Of a DNA stretch of 64,000 nt, positions 1 to 9,690 are shown piece after piece. Source of the stretch: Candidatus Amesbacteria bacterium GW2011_GWB1_47_19 (GTDB lineage Bacteria > Patescibacteriota > Microgenomatia > CAZETR01 > Amesbacteraceae); the NCBI GenBank assembly GCA_001002325.1, contig LCNZ01000006.1, positions 130-64,129 of the forward strand, given 5' to 3'. The notes under the pieces are model-generated. The model did no database searches. It worked only from the letters and a program-made list of their open reading frames with translations, and was not told the origin of the DNA. The position numbers and the translations under genes are program-made. The first letter of the stretch is position 1; each line of letters begins with the position of its first letter.

Positions 1-2
1 AT

Positions 3-851
3 TTCGAGGACAAGACGGGGTCACCGGTGGAAACGATTGTAATCGATAACGCATCAACTGACGGATCGGCGGCGGCAATTAAGAAGAGGTATCCGAAAGT
101 AAAAGTCCTGATAAACAAAAAGAATACCGGATTTGCGGCGGCAAACAATCAAGGTATGGCAATAGCCCGGGGAGAATGGCTGCTGCTTTTGAATTCCGAC
201 GCTTTTGTCTTTCCGGACACATTGGTAAAAATGGTTGAGTTTACTGATACTAATCCGGAATGTGACGTGGCGGGATGCCAACTTTTAAATCAGGACTTAA
301 CCCTGCAACAATCGTGGGGATATTTTCCCACCCTGTCCCGCATTATCCTGTTTATGTCATTTATTGATAATTTTCCCGTCATCCGCAAGTATTTCAGGGC
401 TATTCATGTCCGGGATTTTTCCCGGTATACAAAGACCACGGAAGCGGACTGGGTGATGGGAGCGTTTGTCTGGTTAAAAAGAACGGTCCGGGAAAAGACC
501 GGCGGGTTGGATGAGAAGTATTTTATGTATGGGGAGGAAACGGAGTGGATGTACCGAATTAAAAAAGCGGGATTTAAAGTGTTCTTTACCCCGGCGGCAA
601 AATGTGTGCATCTTAAAGGTGCCAGTATCAAAAGCATGGCCAAAGCCTTTGCCGGGGAGGCAAAAGGTTATATCTACTGGTTTTCCAAACACAATCCGCG
701 GTGGCAGCAGATTATTCTGCCCTGGATCCTGATTTTCGGAGGGATTTATAAATCCATCGCCTGGAGAGTGTTGGATAATAAAGAATGGGCCGGGGCTAAT
801 TTTGCACTTTCCGGTGAAATATGGCGGGCCACTTTCGAGAAGTCCAGATAA
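3..851 (+). CDS. GT2 family glycosyltransferase (WbbL-like), 5'-truncated by window edge
   Basis: IVIDNASTDGS, NTGFAAANNQG, LLLNSDA and FMYGEETEW motifs. The frame is open upstream of GTG27 to the window start and the usual N-terminal strand is missing. Confidence 0.9.
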   Translation, partial: FEDKTGSPVETIVIDNASTDGSAAAIKKRYPKVKVLINKKNTGFAAANNQGMAIARGEWLLLLNSDAFVFPDTLVKMVEFTDTNPECDVAGCQLLNQDLTLQQSWGYFPTLSRIILFMSFIDNFPVIRKYFRAIHVRDFSRYTKTTEADWVMGAFVWLKRTVREKTGGLDEKYFMYGEETEWMYRIKKAGFKVFFTPAAKCVHLKGASIKSMAKAFAGEAKGYIYWFSKHNPRWQQIILPWILIFGGIYKSIAWRVLDNKEWAGANFALSGEIWRATFEKSR

Positions 852-1695
852 TACCTGCAATGAGAGTGTGCTTTAGCCAACCGTTGTACCAGACTCCGGA
901 TTCGGTTTGATAACGCTGGAAGCTTTGAATCCGGTTGGGTAACTTCAGTAATTTTCGAAACGGATAAATTATTGATTCGATAAAATTCCGGTATTTTCCC
1001 TGACTCGATTTTCCGGAACTCATACCATGTTCATGAATTATGGATATACCCGGATGGAAGATAACCTGCAATCCTGAATTACGAATGCGGCGGCAATAAT
1101 CTAGGTCCTCATAGTACATAAATACACTTTCGGTAAAAGTACCGATCCTGGTAAAAGTGGATTTGGGTATAAACATACACCCCCCGGAGACGGCATTGAC
1201 GGTCACCGGAGAGTCCGAGTCGGGGGTAAATTTTGCAGTCAAGCCCTGTTGACCAAACCAATATTCGCGGATGGTATCGGAAACCGACGGTTCGGGGAAT
1301 ACCGATCCCTGGAGTGAGCCGTCAGGGTTTTTAAACCGCGGTCCGAGTACTCCCAGATCCGGATTAGTCCGGGCATATTCCAGAACAAAATCAAAAAAAT
1401 GCCGTGGAATTCGGGTATCCGGGTTCAATACCAGGTAATAATCACCGACAGCTGCAAAAATTCCCCGGTTGACGGCTTTCGGAAAACCGGAGTTTTCGGT
1501 ATTGGATATAAGTTTTACATTTTTGAATTTATCTTTTATCATTTGAACTGATCCGTCGGTAGAAGCATTGTCGACGACAATGACTTCCAGTCGGGGGTAA
1601 GCTGCTGCAAATACAGAATCCAGACAACGCGAAACAGACTCCCGGACATTCCAACTGACTATGATCACACTGATAACGGGACGGTTGACAACCAT
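796..1695 (-). CDS. GT2 family glycosyltransferase (WbbL-like)
   Basis: SVIIVSWN, VVDNASTDGS, LVLNPDT and FMYYEDLDYC motifs. Its 3' end overlaps the convergent GT2 by 56 bp. Confidence 0.92.
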   Translation of the reverse strand: MVVNRPVISVIIVSWNVRESVSRCLDSVFAAAYPRLEVIVVDNASTDGSVQMIKDKFKNVKLISNTENSGFPKAVNRGIFAAVGDYYLVLNPDTRIPRHFFDFVLEYARTNPDLGVLGPRFKNPDGSLQGSVFPEPSVSDTIREYWFGQQGLTAKFTPDSDSPVTVNAVSGGCMFIPKSTFTRIGTFTESVFMYYEDLDYCRRIRNSGLQVIFHPGISIIHEHGMSSGKSSQGKYRNFIESIIYPFRKLLKLPNRIQSFQRYQTESGVWYNGWLKHTLIAGIIWTSRKWPAIFHRKVQN

Positions 1696-1724
1696 TGGAA
1701 TATATTTTACTCTAGTGGCGGTAT

Positions 1725-1812
1725 ATCAGCGAAGTCTGTGCAACTCAGACACTGGGCCGCAACCGTAACAGCCGGGTCGCCTGATTACTTTAGCAACACC
1801 CCGTAGCCGGGT
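1725..1812 (+). ncRNA. candidate cobalamin riboswitch (compact, class II/AdoCbl-variant-like)
   Basis: Outer stem ATCAGCGA(1725-32)/TCGCCTGAT(1777-85). T-loop hairpin GTCTG-TGCAACT-CAGAC (1734-50). Core CACTG..CCGCAACCGTAA..AGCCGG resembles the cobalamin aptamer ACTGTAA..AGCCAG elements. Terminal hairpin ACCC-CGTAGCC-GGGT (1798-1812) lies just before ATG1815. Downstream genes fit B12 uptake. Confidence 0.75.
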
Positions 1813-1814
1813 AT

Positions 1815-2219
1815 ATGAAAGTTAAAAAACTTCTTTTTCTTGTCGCGATACTGACGCTGGGGGTAGTGTTGTACAGGCCGATTACGGAGAATAGTTCAAG
1901 TCTGAGTCCAAGTCCGAAACCAAGTTTAAGTCAAAGTTCAAGTTTAAGAATAGACTACGGGGAAGGCAGAATAGTTGAAAATGTAATTACCGTTGCGTCG
2001 GAGGCATCGGTACTGGAGTCCCTCCGAAATTTACATGAAGTACAGATTAAGGAATTCGATTTCGGTAAACTGGTGGAGGTAATAGACGGAGTAAAATCCG
2101 GTGACGGAAAATATTGGATTTATTATGTAAACGGGACTATGGGACAGGTGGGAGCCAATCAATACCGGTTGAAACCGGGGGATAAAATTGAGTGGAAACT
2201 GGAGAAGGAGAAAAAATGA
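1815..2219 (+). CDS. DUF4430 (transcobalamin C-terminal-like) domain protein, membrane-anchored
   Basis: N-terminal TM/signal, Ser/Pro linker, then FGKLVEVIDGV..KYWIYYVNG..QVGA..Y.LKPGDKIEW, typical of DUF4430. Confidence 0.8.
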   Translation: MKVKKLLFLVAILTLGVVLYRPITENSSSLSPSPKPSLSQSSSLRIDYGEGRIVENVITVASEASVLESLRNLHEVQIKEFDFGKLVEVIDGVKSGDGKYWIYYVNGTMGQVGANQYRLKPGDKIEWKLEKEKK

Positions 2220-2755
2220 CAGTGTTGTTGATGATATGGGCGACGGTGGCTGTACGACTATTACCGCATCCGGCAAACTTCGCACCGATAGGTGCGATGG
2301 CATTGTTTTGCGGAACGTATTTGTCCGGAAAGAAAGCCCCGGCTGTCCCTTTGCTTGCCCTGCTGGTATCGGATGTTTTCCTGGGTTTCCATAGTACTAT
2401 GATCTGGGTTTACGGTAGTTTTTTTATGGGAGTCCTGATGGGGAAAAGACTTAAGAATCGGGTGAGTGCCTTACCGGTTGCCGGGGCAGCGATATTATTT
2501 TCCGTCCAGTTTTTTCTGATTACAAATTTCGGGGTGTGGGCGTCCTCCGGAATGTACCCCAAGACCATGATGGGTCTGGCGCAATCTTATGTGATGGGAA
2601 TTCCGTTTTTTAGAAATTCGCTGGCCGGTGATTTGTTTTACAGTGCGGTACTATTCGGAGGATATGCAGTTTGGGGACGGCTAAACTCTGTAAACAGCCG
2701 GTCGTCAGCGGTGCGGATGTATTTTTTCTCACGATTCCTGAAAATCAGAACCTGA
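2216..2755 (+). CDS. DUF6580-like membrane transport protein (ECF S-component-like, putative cobalamin uptake)
   Basis: RLLPHPANFAPIGAMALF, FFLITNFGVW and GIPFFRNSLAGDLFY motifs with several TM segments. ATG2216 overlaps the upstream stop (ATGA) and has AAGGAG at 2205-2210. Confidence 0.75.
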   Translation: MTVLLMIWATVAVRLLPHPANFAPIGAMALFCGTYLSGKKAPAVPLLALLVSDVFLGFHSTMIWVYGSFFMGVLMGKRLKNRVSALPVAGAAILFSVQFFLITNFGVWASSGMYPKTMMGLAQSYVMGIPFFRNSLAGDLFYSAVLFGGYAVWGRLNSVNSRSSAVRMYFFSRFLKIRT

Positions 2756-3543
2756 GGCAGACGAACGACCGCCATTAATGCGGGGACGAGGAAGCCGGGG
2801 TGATGGGTGACACGGGAAATGAGAGATGAGATATGAGAAAGGAGATATTTGCGGTCCAGGTTTTTCCATTGGACCAGCAGAAAATTGCGTTCTTTTATCC
2901 GGTGTAAATACCCGGCAGGGAAAGCTTTGGGGTAGGCCGTTTCCCGAATATGGGATATTTTGGCCTCCGGGTCCCAGATAATGTTGTACCCCCGCTTGTG
3001 AGCCCTCCATCCCAGATCCAAATCCTCGTAATAACCCGGGGTAAGGCTTTCGTCAAATCCGCCCAATTCCCGCCACATCGATTTTCGAAACGCTGACCCC
3101 GCACCTGAAGCCCAAAACGAGGCGTGGATTCGATTGTCGCGGGTGCCGTCAGAAAATTCCAACATACCCTGATTTATATGAGCTGAAGCCCACGAATATT
3201 TTTGCTCATGGAAGGTGACGGCAAACAGACCAGATTGGGAAAAATGGGGAAGAACTGATTTTAAAAGATCAGATTCCGGCTTAACGTCCTGGTTTAAAAG
3301 GACAATAATATCTCCGGAGGCTTTTTTTACTCCTAAATTAACCGCTTTGGGGAAGCGGACGTTTTGCGACAGGGCGATAACTTTTACCAGCGGATAATTT
3401 CTCGTAATGTATCCGGCAGTTCCGTCTGTCGAGGCATCATCCACAACTATCACTTCCCCGGCTTTAAGGGCCAGCACTGTGTCCAAGTTGGACTTTATAA
3501 ATTCCAAGCCGTTATAGGCGGGAATTATAACAGATACTGTCAC
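2638..3543 (-). CDS. GT2 family glycosyltransferase
   Basis: SVIIPAYNG, VVDDASTDGT, LLNQDV and GYYEDLDLG motifs. Confidence 0.92.
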   Translation of the reverse strand: MTVSVIIPAYNGLEFIKSNLDTVLALKAGEVIVVDDASTDGTAGYITRNYPLVKVIALSQNVRFPKAVNLGVKKASGDIIVLLNQDVKPESDLLKSVLPHFSQSGLFAVTFHEQKYSWASAHINQGMLEFSDGTRDNRIHASFWASGAGSAFRKSMWRELGGFDESLTPGYYEDLDLGWRAHKRGYNIIWDPEAKISHIRETAYPKAFPAGYLHRIKERNFLLVQWKNLDRKYLLSHISSLISRVTHHPGFLVPALMAVVRLPQVLIFRNREKKYIRTADDRLFTEFSRPQTAYPPNSTAL

Positions 3544-5921
3544 GATGCTGATTTTAGCTTTTTAAAAGCGATAAGCAAACTTACGACAGTGATCATGAAA
3601 CCGGCTGTGAAACTGGCGGGAAAGTAGGAAAAAGTGACCGTGTGAGTACCTGCCGGTAATAACACTGCCCGAAAGTTTCCGAATGCCGTCATGACGGTGG
3701 TGGGGTTTCCGTCGATATCGGCTTTCCAACCGGGATAATTGGAGTCTGTCAATAAAAGTAAGGAGTCAGCGCCGGTGGAGGCGGAGATACGGACCCTGTC
3801 CGGCTGATAGGAAGTGATTTCCACCCGGTCATTCTCCCCCACCCCCAGAGGTATACCGGGGTCGCGGTCAATAATAATCCTTTTGGTGAAATCATAACCT
3901 TGGGCGAGCAATTGGATTGCAGAAACGGAATCAGACCGGACATCAAATCCTGAATATAATTTGACCCGCGGTAAAACCCGGATATTTTCCAGAACTACCG
4001 AGGCTCCGTCCGTGAATTTGGGGATAAATTGGGCCGTGGATATCCGGTAATCGGTGAAAATACCGTCCGGGGTAACATGACCTTCCGCATCTTTTTTGAC
4101 TGCCAACAAATATTTGACGCCGGCCAGGTTCATTAATTGCGAATCATAACTATCATTTTCGGCATAACGGGTGAAATAGCGGGGAGGGAAATCTCTCATA
4201 GCCGACTGGGTAGCCGCCGGTCCGGTGGCATAAAGATGATAAAACCAGGCATAAGTTTTGGGATACAGCGGATCATATCCAGAGGGGGTCATGAGTCTGA
4301 AATAGGTCCAGGTATTGGGCGGCAGGGAAGTCTTTTTTTCCCGTTCCATCCGATAATTGCCGATATTTTGAGAAATATAATCGATCACCGGGAGGGATGT
4401 CTTTGTAAACCCGGCGGGCGAAAACGGGGTAAATTTGACTGCAAACCGCAATAAATCGAGAGAAATCAGCAGCATAAATAGCCAGGGCTTTAGACGTTTA
4501 GGCAGGGGCAGGAATAAAATTAAACACAATCCGGACAATAACATTACCGGAACCAGGGTATTGCGGAGTCCGATGCGGTAATGACCGGCCATGGCAACAA
4601 TCCCGGCAATGTCGGCACCCGAGGAGTTGAACGTCCTGACCACAAAATATAAACCGATGATCAAGCCGGATAAAGCAGCCACGGTAAACATCGGGATGCG
4701 GAAAAACCGGGCAGGTTTTTTGGACCAGGCATCAATACCCAAACCAGCTAATACGGCACCGGCAAAAGTAGTCAGAATCAACCATCGGGATGCATAACCG
4801 GTGGACAATCCCGGCAGGGAAAACCGGTAAACTGATTGGGACACCGGGTTTTTGAACGCCAGGAGCAGAGTAGCAAGAAATACCAGGGTGAAAAAGCGGC
4901 GGTGGAATCCGGTCTGAGCTTTTGTAATTCCCCAAACAGCGAAACATATGGCAATAACGGAAAAGTACCCGGCTGTCTCCTGATAACCCATAAATCCCCA
5001 AAAATTCTGAGTTGAAGGGTTACCGAAAAAATCCGGGGACCATAAAGTGATCAGATTTTTCAGCGGCAGAAGACCGTAAGAATACTCGATGATGTTGTGA
5101 TCCAGGCTGCGGATTGATAACCCCAACAGTTCCCAGGTTGGTAATAACTGCAAAGCTGCTGTGCCCACTCCCCAGAGCAAAATCAGCCCGGGGAGTATCA
5201 ATCGCGGCAGCCTGCGGGGGGAGGGTGACCGCCACATGAAGTAAACAGCGCAGACAATAAGGAAATAAACGGCAGGCTGGAAAAAACCTCCGGTAAAGAC
5301 GAAAAATAAAATCAGGGGTAGGATGTAGAGGAAGCGGAAATTACGGGTATTAACAAATTTTTCCCACAATAACAATGCCAACGGCAGCCACATGATAATC
5401 TGTCCGGTAGTAGCATATTCCAAATAAGTCATCATGAAGCCGGAAAAGGCGAATACGATACCTCCTGTAAGTGAGGCAGCACGGGACGCATGGATTACCC
5501 GCAGATAGAAATACATGAAGAGTACGGATAGCAGGAGCTGTAAAAAAAGAAGGGTCGACCAGCCCCATACCGGGCCCAGCAGCAGAAGGAATAGGTTAAG
5601 GGGATAGAACGGGGCGGACTGCCAATTGGCCAAAAGCGGAGTGCCGGAGAAGGAATAAGGATTCCATAACGGCAGGTGTCCATGGCGCATCATGTCCGCC
5701 GCCAGAGTTCGCCAGGGGTAGAGCTGGGAAAACACATCGCTGAGGGAGGCGTTCTTGTAGGGCACACCCACAACGTATCCCCATTTATAATCCAGCCAGG
5801 GATAATAACCCCCTACCATGACATCAAGCGGCAGGGGAATCCGACCGGAAAACACCGGGCGGAAAAATATGAGAGGCAGAAACAAGATAAATGTGACTAT
5901 CCAAAAAAGAGGTTTGCCCAT
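3540..5921 (-). CDS. YfhO-family GT-C membrane protein
   Basis: PLWNPYSFSGTPLLA near the N-terminus, many TM helices, C-terminal SNYPGWKADIDG..FRAVLLPAGTHTVTFSY. Confidence 0.85.
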   Translation of the reverse strand: MGKPLFWIVTFILFLPLIFFRPVFSGRIPLPLDVMVGGYYPWLDYKWGYVVGVPYKNASLSDVFSQLYPWRTLAADMMRHGHLPLWNPYSFSGTPLLANWQSAPFYPLNLFLLLLGPVWGWSTLLFLQLLLSVLFMYFYLRVIHASRAASLTGGIVFAFSGFMMTYLEYATTGQIIMWLPLALLLWEKFVNTRNFRFLYILPLILFFVFTGGFFQPAVYFLIVCAVYFMWRSPSPRRLPRLILPGLILLWGVGTAALQLLPTWELLGLSIRSLDHNIIEYSYGLLPLKNLITLWSPDFFGNPSTQNFWGFMGYQETAGYFSVIAICFAVWGITKAQTGFHRRFFTLVFLATLLLAFKNPVSQSVYRFSLPGLSTGYASRWLILTTFAGAVLAGLGIDAWSKKPARFFRIPMFTVAALSGLIIGLYFVVRTFNSSGADIAGIVAMAGHYRIGLRNTLVPVMLLSGLCLILFLPLPKRLKPWLFMLLISLDLLRFAVKFTPFSPAGFTKTSLPVIDYISQNIGNYRMEREKKTSLPPNTWTYFRLMTPSGYDPLYPKTYAWFYHLYATGPAATQSAMRDFPPRYFTRYAENDSYDSQLMNLAGVKYLLAVKKDAEGHVTPDGIFTDYRISTAQFIPKFTDGASVVLENIRVLPRVKLYSGFDVRSDSVSAIQLLAQGYDFTKRIIIDRDPGIPLGVGENDRVEITSYQPDRVRISASTGADSLLLLTDSNYPGWKADIDGNPTTVMTAFGNFRAVLLPAGTHTVTFSYFPASFTAGFMITVVSLLIAFKKLKSAS

Positions 5922-5943
5922 AATATGAGATAATTCTACTATT

Positions 5944-6678
5944 ATGCCATTTTTAACTGTGGTGGTACCGGTTTATAACGAGAGTCAACGGGTGTGGCAT
6001 CTGCGTGAAATTCTGGCATATTTTTCAGGAAAAGGATTTAATTTTGAAGTGATTGTGGTTGATGACGGGAGCACGGACAATACAGCGGAGGAAGTCCGCC
6101 GGATCTTCAAAAAGTATCCTTCCAAGCTTGTAAAAATAGTATCATACCCGCATAACCGGGGTAAGGGATTTGCCGTCAAAACTGGGATGCTGGCCGGAAA
6201 AGGTAAATACAGCCTTTTTACCGACATTGACTTATCCACTCCGGTGAGTGAATGGGATAAGCTGGCGCCGTTTCTGACCAGTGACGATGTGATTATCGGA
6301 GTCAGACGCCGACCGGGAGCGAAAATACTGGTTCACCAACCTCTGATTCGGGAGTGGCTGGGGCGGGGATTTACGAAATTGTCCCAGTGGATAGCGGGTT
6401 ACCCGATTTCGGATTTCACTTGCGGGTTTAAATGTTTTAACCGCGAAGCAGTGGATTTGATCTTTCCTAAACTTACAATATCCGGGTGGGGTTTTGATAC
6501 CCAGGTACTATATCTGGCTGTGAAAAAGGGTCTGAAAATAAGAGAGGTGCCAATGGTATGGAAAAATGACGGTATGACTAAAGTTAAATTAGCCAAAGAT
6601 ATTTTCGGGTCGCTTCGTGATTTAATCAGAGTCCGGATGACGGATCTGAGAGACCAAAAACAATCCGGAAGCAGCTAA
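5944..6678 (+). CDS. polyprenyl-phosphate glycosyltransferase (Dol-P-Glc synthase-like GT2)
   Basis: VVPVYNE, VDDGSTD, NRGKGFAV, FTDIDLS, DFTCGFKCF and GWGFDT motifs. Confidence 0.88.
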   Translation: MPFLTVVVPVYNESQRVWHLREILAYFSGKGFNFEVIVVDDGSTDNTAEEVRRIFKKYPSKLVKIVSYPHNRGKGFAVKTGMLAGKGKYSLFTDIDLSTPVSEWDKLAPFLTSDDVIIGVRRRPGAKILVHQPLIREWLGRGFTKLSQWIAGYPISDFTCGFKCFNREAVDLIFPKLTISGWGFDTQVLYLAVKKGLKIREVPMVWKNDGMTKVKLAKDIFGSLRDLIRVRMTDLRDQKQSGSS

Positions 6679-7806
6679 TATTCCCCGGGCAATGGAGATT
6701 GCCGTACCCGCCGGATAGAACCGATTCATCCAATCAAAGAAACTAAAATTAATGCCGAATAATCCCAGATGTAATGAAGGTTCGAATCCCAGTATAATTA
6801 TTAAATAAGAGAGCATTATAATCAGAGTCGGAAATTTTAGACGAGGATTGCGAATATATAAAAGTAGAAGGAAAGGGGTAACCCAGACAAACCATTGGGG
6901 ATGAAAATGGGTAACCGAGTAAAACAGAAGAAGCAGTGCACTGAACCATCCGGAAAGTGATAAATCGCCAGGCTTTAACCATTGCCACCAGTAAATCAAT
7001 ACCAGACCCAATACAAAAAGGGGTATGAACTGAGATCCGGAGACCATAATTTTGGCATACACTATTTTGTCAGACAGGCCCGCCAGAAGCGCATATTGTC
7101 TGAATCCCGAAGATGCAAGATACGGAATTATAATCACCAGATAAGTCAATAGTCCGACAATAATATTTTTTAACTTTGGTCCGGGGAGCAGGGGTAGAAA
7201 AAACAACGGCAGGGGTTTGAAACCTGCAGCCAGTCCGATGCAGACGGCTGCCAGAAGTGATTTGCGTTTGGATAAATACACAGCCAACAGCAAGAATAAA
7301 GCGATAAAGATATCGAATTGGCCGATCATGTATGAGACGTAAATATTTACAGGGTTAAAAATCCAGAGCAAGCTGCCTGAAATTTTTAATTTGTCTGGTA
7401 ATAACCGGTAAATCAGCAGCAGACAGAGAATATCCGCCAGCAAATACGGCAGTTTTAATAACAGCAGCAAGAACGGCAACCCGGGATCCGATCTTAACTG
7501 ACCGATATCGGATATAAGGGTATTAAAAGCTGAGTGAGGATAAAGGGGTGATAGAAAAAAATTGAAAAGAGCATGGGTCAGATACGCTAAAGGCGGATAA
7601 ATAAACAGTCCGTCTCCATAAAGTTTTACCAAGGGATCGGTCCGCGGCTGACGGCTGAGATAGTTATAAAAATCTAAAATTTGACCTTTGTGAACGATTA
7701 TATCTGCGGCAAAATTAACAGCCCGGAAATCCGGATGCAGGGTAACGGGCATCAGTACCAACCTGAGACTAAGTCCGAGTATCAACCAGGGAAGCATATT
7801 TTTCAT
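6622..7806 (-). CDS. GT-C fold membrane glycosyltransferase (GT87-like)
   Basis: YPPLAY, LKLPYLLAD, FNP..GQFD and HPQWFVW motifs with multiple TM helices. Confidence 0.7.
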   Translation of the reverse strand: MKNMLPWLILGLSLRLVLMPVTLHPDFRAVNFAADIIVHKGQILDFYNYLSRQPRTDPLVKLYGDGLFIYPPLAYLTHALFNFFLSPLYPHSAFNTLISDIGQLRSDPGLPFLLLLLKLPYLLADILCLLLIYRLLPDKLKISGSLLWIFNPVNIYVSYMIGQFDIFIALFLLLAVYLSKRKSLLAAVCIGLAAGFKPLPLFFLPLLPGPKLKNIIVGLLTYLVIIIPYLASSGFRQYALLAGLSDKIVYAKIMVSGSQFIPLFVLGLVLIYWWQWLKPGDLSLSGWFSALLLLFYSVTHFHPQWFVWVTPFLLLLYIRNPRLKFPTLIIMLSYLIIILGFEPSLHLGLFGINFSFFDWMNRFYPAGTAISIARGILAASGLFLVSQIRHPDSD

Positions 7807-8837
7807 AGTATTAAAAGTTCCTCAAATTTCCGATTAAACTTGCTGATATCGAATATTTTACTCCTGGTGCGGGCGGCAAGGGAAAGATGACCAAGTTTAT
7901 TTGGGTCTTTGATTATTTGAAGCGTTAAATCCGCGAGCTGACCGGGTTGATCCCACAAGAAACCGTTAAGATTATGGTCAACAATTTCCTTATGACCTCC
8001 GTGGTTGGTGACCAACGGCACACAACCGGCCGCCATAGCCTCGACCAGGCTGATTCCGAAATGTTCGGTTTTAGCCGGATCTTTAATTTCGTCTGCATAG
8101 TAACCACTGGCAGACCAGAAGATTTTTGAATGGGAATACATTTCCCGTATCCGGGTAAATTCCGGGTCGGTGATAATGGTTAAAGGGAGATTACCTGCCT
8201 GCTGCTGCAGCTTTTTTAATTGTCCCGGAGCTGTTCCTACCCTGGTACCACCGGCTATGATTAATTCCCAACCGGAAATTTTTGAGTAGATTTGTTTAAA
8301 GACGTCGATCAATAAGGCGTGACCTTTGGCCTGTGTCAAATCGGAAAAACGCCCTAAATAAAGAATAGTGTTTGTTTTTTTACCCGGTTTAAACTTTGAG
8401 GTATCTATTGGCGGGTATACGACTGTACTGTTAATCCTGAACTCAGGATCGACAACGGATTTGGTAAATTTAGAGTTGACAACAAAAGTATAGAAGCGTG
8501 ATTTAATCAGATTGGTAAATATTTTACCCCCGACGTTTTTAAACGGGAATTGAAAATGGATTAAAGTTTTTTTGGCCAGAGAGGTGGGCAGACTACCGTC
8601 AGAAAGCCAGAATACGAGTTGATAGTGATTAGTGATTAGTGAATAGGGGGTAGAAGAAATAAAATTTACTCCGGAGATGTCTATTCCGAAACGGAGATTA
8701 ATCTCAGGAGAAATGTCTCGCGGCCAGAGAATGTCCACCTGCCAACCGGAATCCTGTAGCAGTTTCACGAACGAGGCTGTGTACCGCTCTCCCCCTCCCA
8801 TGGTTTCCCAATAAGGATTGTAAACCGCCGCACGCAT
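7803..8837 (-). CDS. GT4 glycosyltransferase (Alg11-like)
   Basis: GGGERY, NSKFT, YPPID, LGRF and EHFGISLVEAMAAG motifs. Confidence 0.9.
   Translation of the reverse strand: MRAAVYNPYWETMGGGERYTASFVKLLQDSGWQVDILWPRDISPEINLRFGIDISGVNFISSTPYSLITNHYQLVFWLSDGSLPTSLAKKTLIHFQFPFKNVGGKIFTNLIKSRFYTFVVNSKFTKSVVDPEFRINSTVVYPPIDTSKFKPGKKTNTILYLGRFSDLTQAKGHALLIDVFKQIYSKISGWELIIAGGTRVGTAPGQLKKLQQQAGNLPLTIITDPEFTRIREMYSHSKIFWSASGYYADEIKDPAKTEHFGISLVEAMAAGCVPLVTNHGGHKEIVDHNLNGFLWDQPGQLADLTLQIIKDPNKLGHLSLAARTRSKIFDISKFNRKFEELLIL
8616..8657. repeat. degenerate 7-bp tandem repeat in-frame within the GT4 gene
   Basis: GAGTTGA TAGTGAT TAGTGAT TAGTGAA TAGGGGG TAGAAGA (6 x 7 = 42 nt). Confidence 0.65.
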
Positions 8838-8918
8838 GAATATATCTTAACAAAAAGTTACGACCAGAGAGGGATTATATAGGAGGCTCTGCCTGCCCGG
8901 GAAACGTAAATCGGTTGT

Positions 8919-9689
8919 TTAAGACTGGGGGGAATGATCTGATTTTACAATATTTTGCATTTCCCAGAGTCGGGCGTAAATTATAAACATATTGAAAACT
9001 TGAAAAATGCCGTCGATGACGCCTTCGGTTCCGTCCCGCCAGGCTCCCAGCTTTACAAACCGCAGCCAGAATTCCGTATACATGACCCGCAAAAACCTCC
9101 AGACTACCATCGGGGGATGACCGGAATCAAATCTTAGCCGGGCTTCGTATACCGTAAATAAGAGAGTTTTATCGACCATTGACGAAAGATCCCGGTGTGA
9201 GAAATGAATCAAGGCTTCTGAAAGTTTCTCCAACTTACCCGAATATACCGGCTGCTCGTGCAGGGGATACTGCCATTTTTCTAACTTTGATTTATTAAAC
9301 AATCTGATAACATAATCATTCCCCCAACCTCCATGTTGCATGTGACGACCCAGGTAGATATTTTTCCGCAATAGGGCATAAGCCCCCACAGGTGAACCGT
9401 CGGATATTGCAGTTTGTACCTCGCGACGCAGTAACGGACTGACGCGCTCATCGGCATCCACGTAAAGAATCCAGTCGCCTTCAGCCGCATACAGTCCCTT
9501 GTTTCTGAACGCGGAAAAATCATCACCCCGGACTTTGACTACGCGGGCACCGCGGGATTTCGCAACGGTAATCGTATTATCAGTACTGCCGCTGTCGACT
9601 ACTATGATTTCGTCGGCGAAAGAAAGCGACATCAGACAGTCACCGATCAATTTTTCCTCGTTTTCAGCGATAACAATTGCGGAAAGCAT
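8919..9689 (-). CDS. GT2 glycosyltransferase (WaaE/KdtX beta-1,4-glucosyltransferase-like)
   Basis: Start re-called to ATG9689 (MLSAIVIAENEE). DEIIVVDSGSTD, WILYVDADER, RLF and LHE motifs. Confidence 0.88.
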   Translation of the reverse strand: MLSAIVIAENEEKLIGDCLMSLSFADEIIVVDSGSTDNTITVAKSRGARVVKVRGDDFSAFRNKGLYAAEGDWILYVDADERVSPLLRREVQTAISDGSPVGAYALLRKNIYLGRHMQHGGWGNDYVIRLFNKSKLEKWQYPLHEQPVYSGKLEKLSEALIHFSHRDLSSMVDKTLLFTVYEARLRFDSGHPPMVVWRFLRVMYTEFWLRFVKLGAWRDGTEGVIDGIFQVFNMFIIYARLWEMQNIVKSDHSPQS

Positions 9690-9690
9690 A

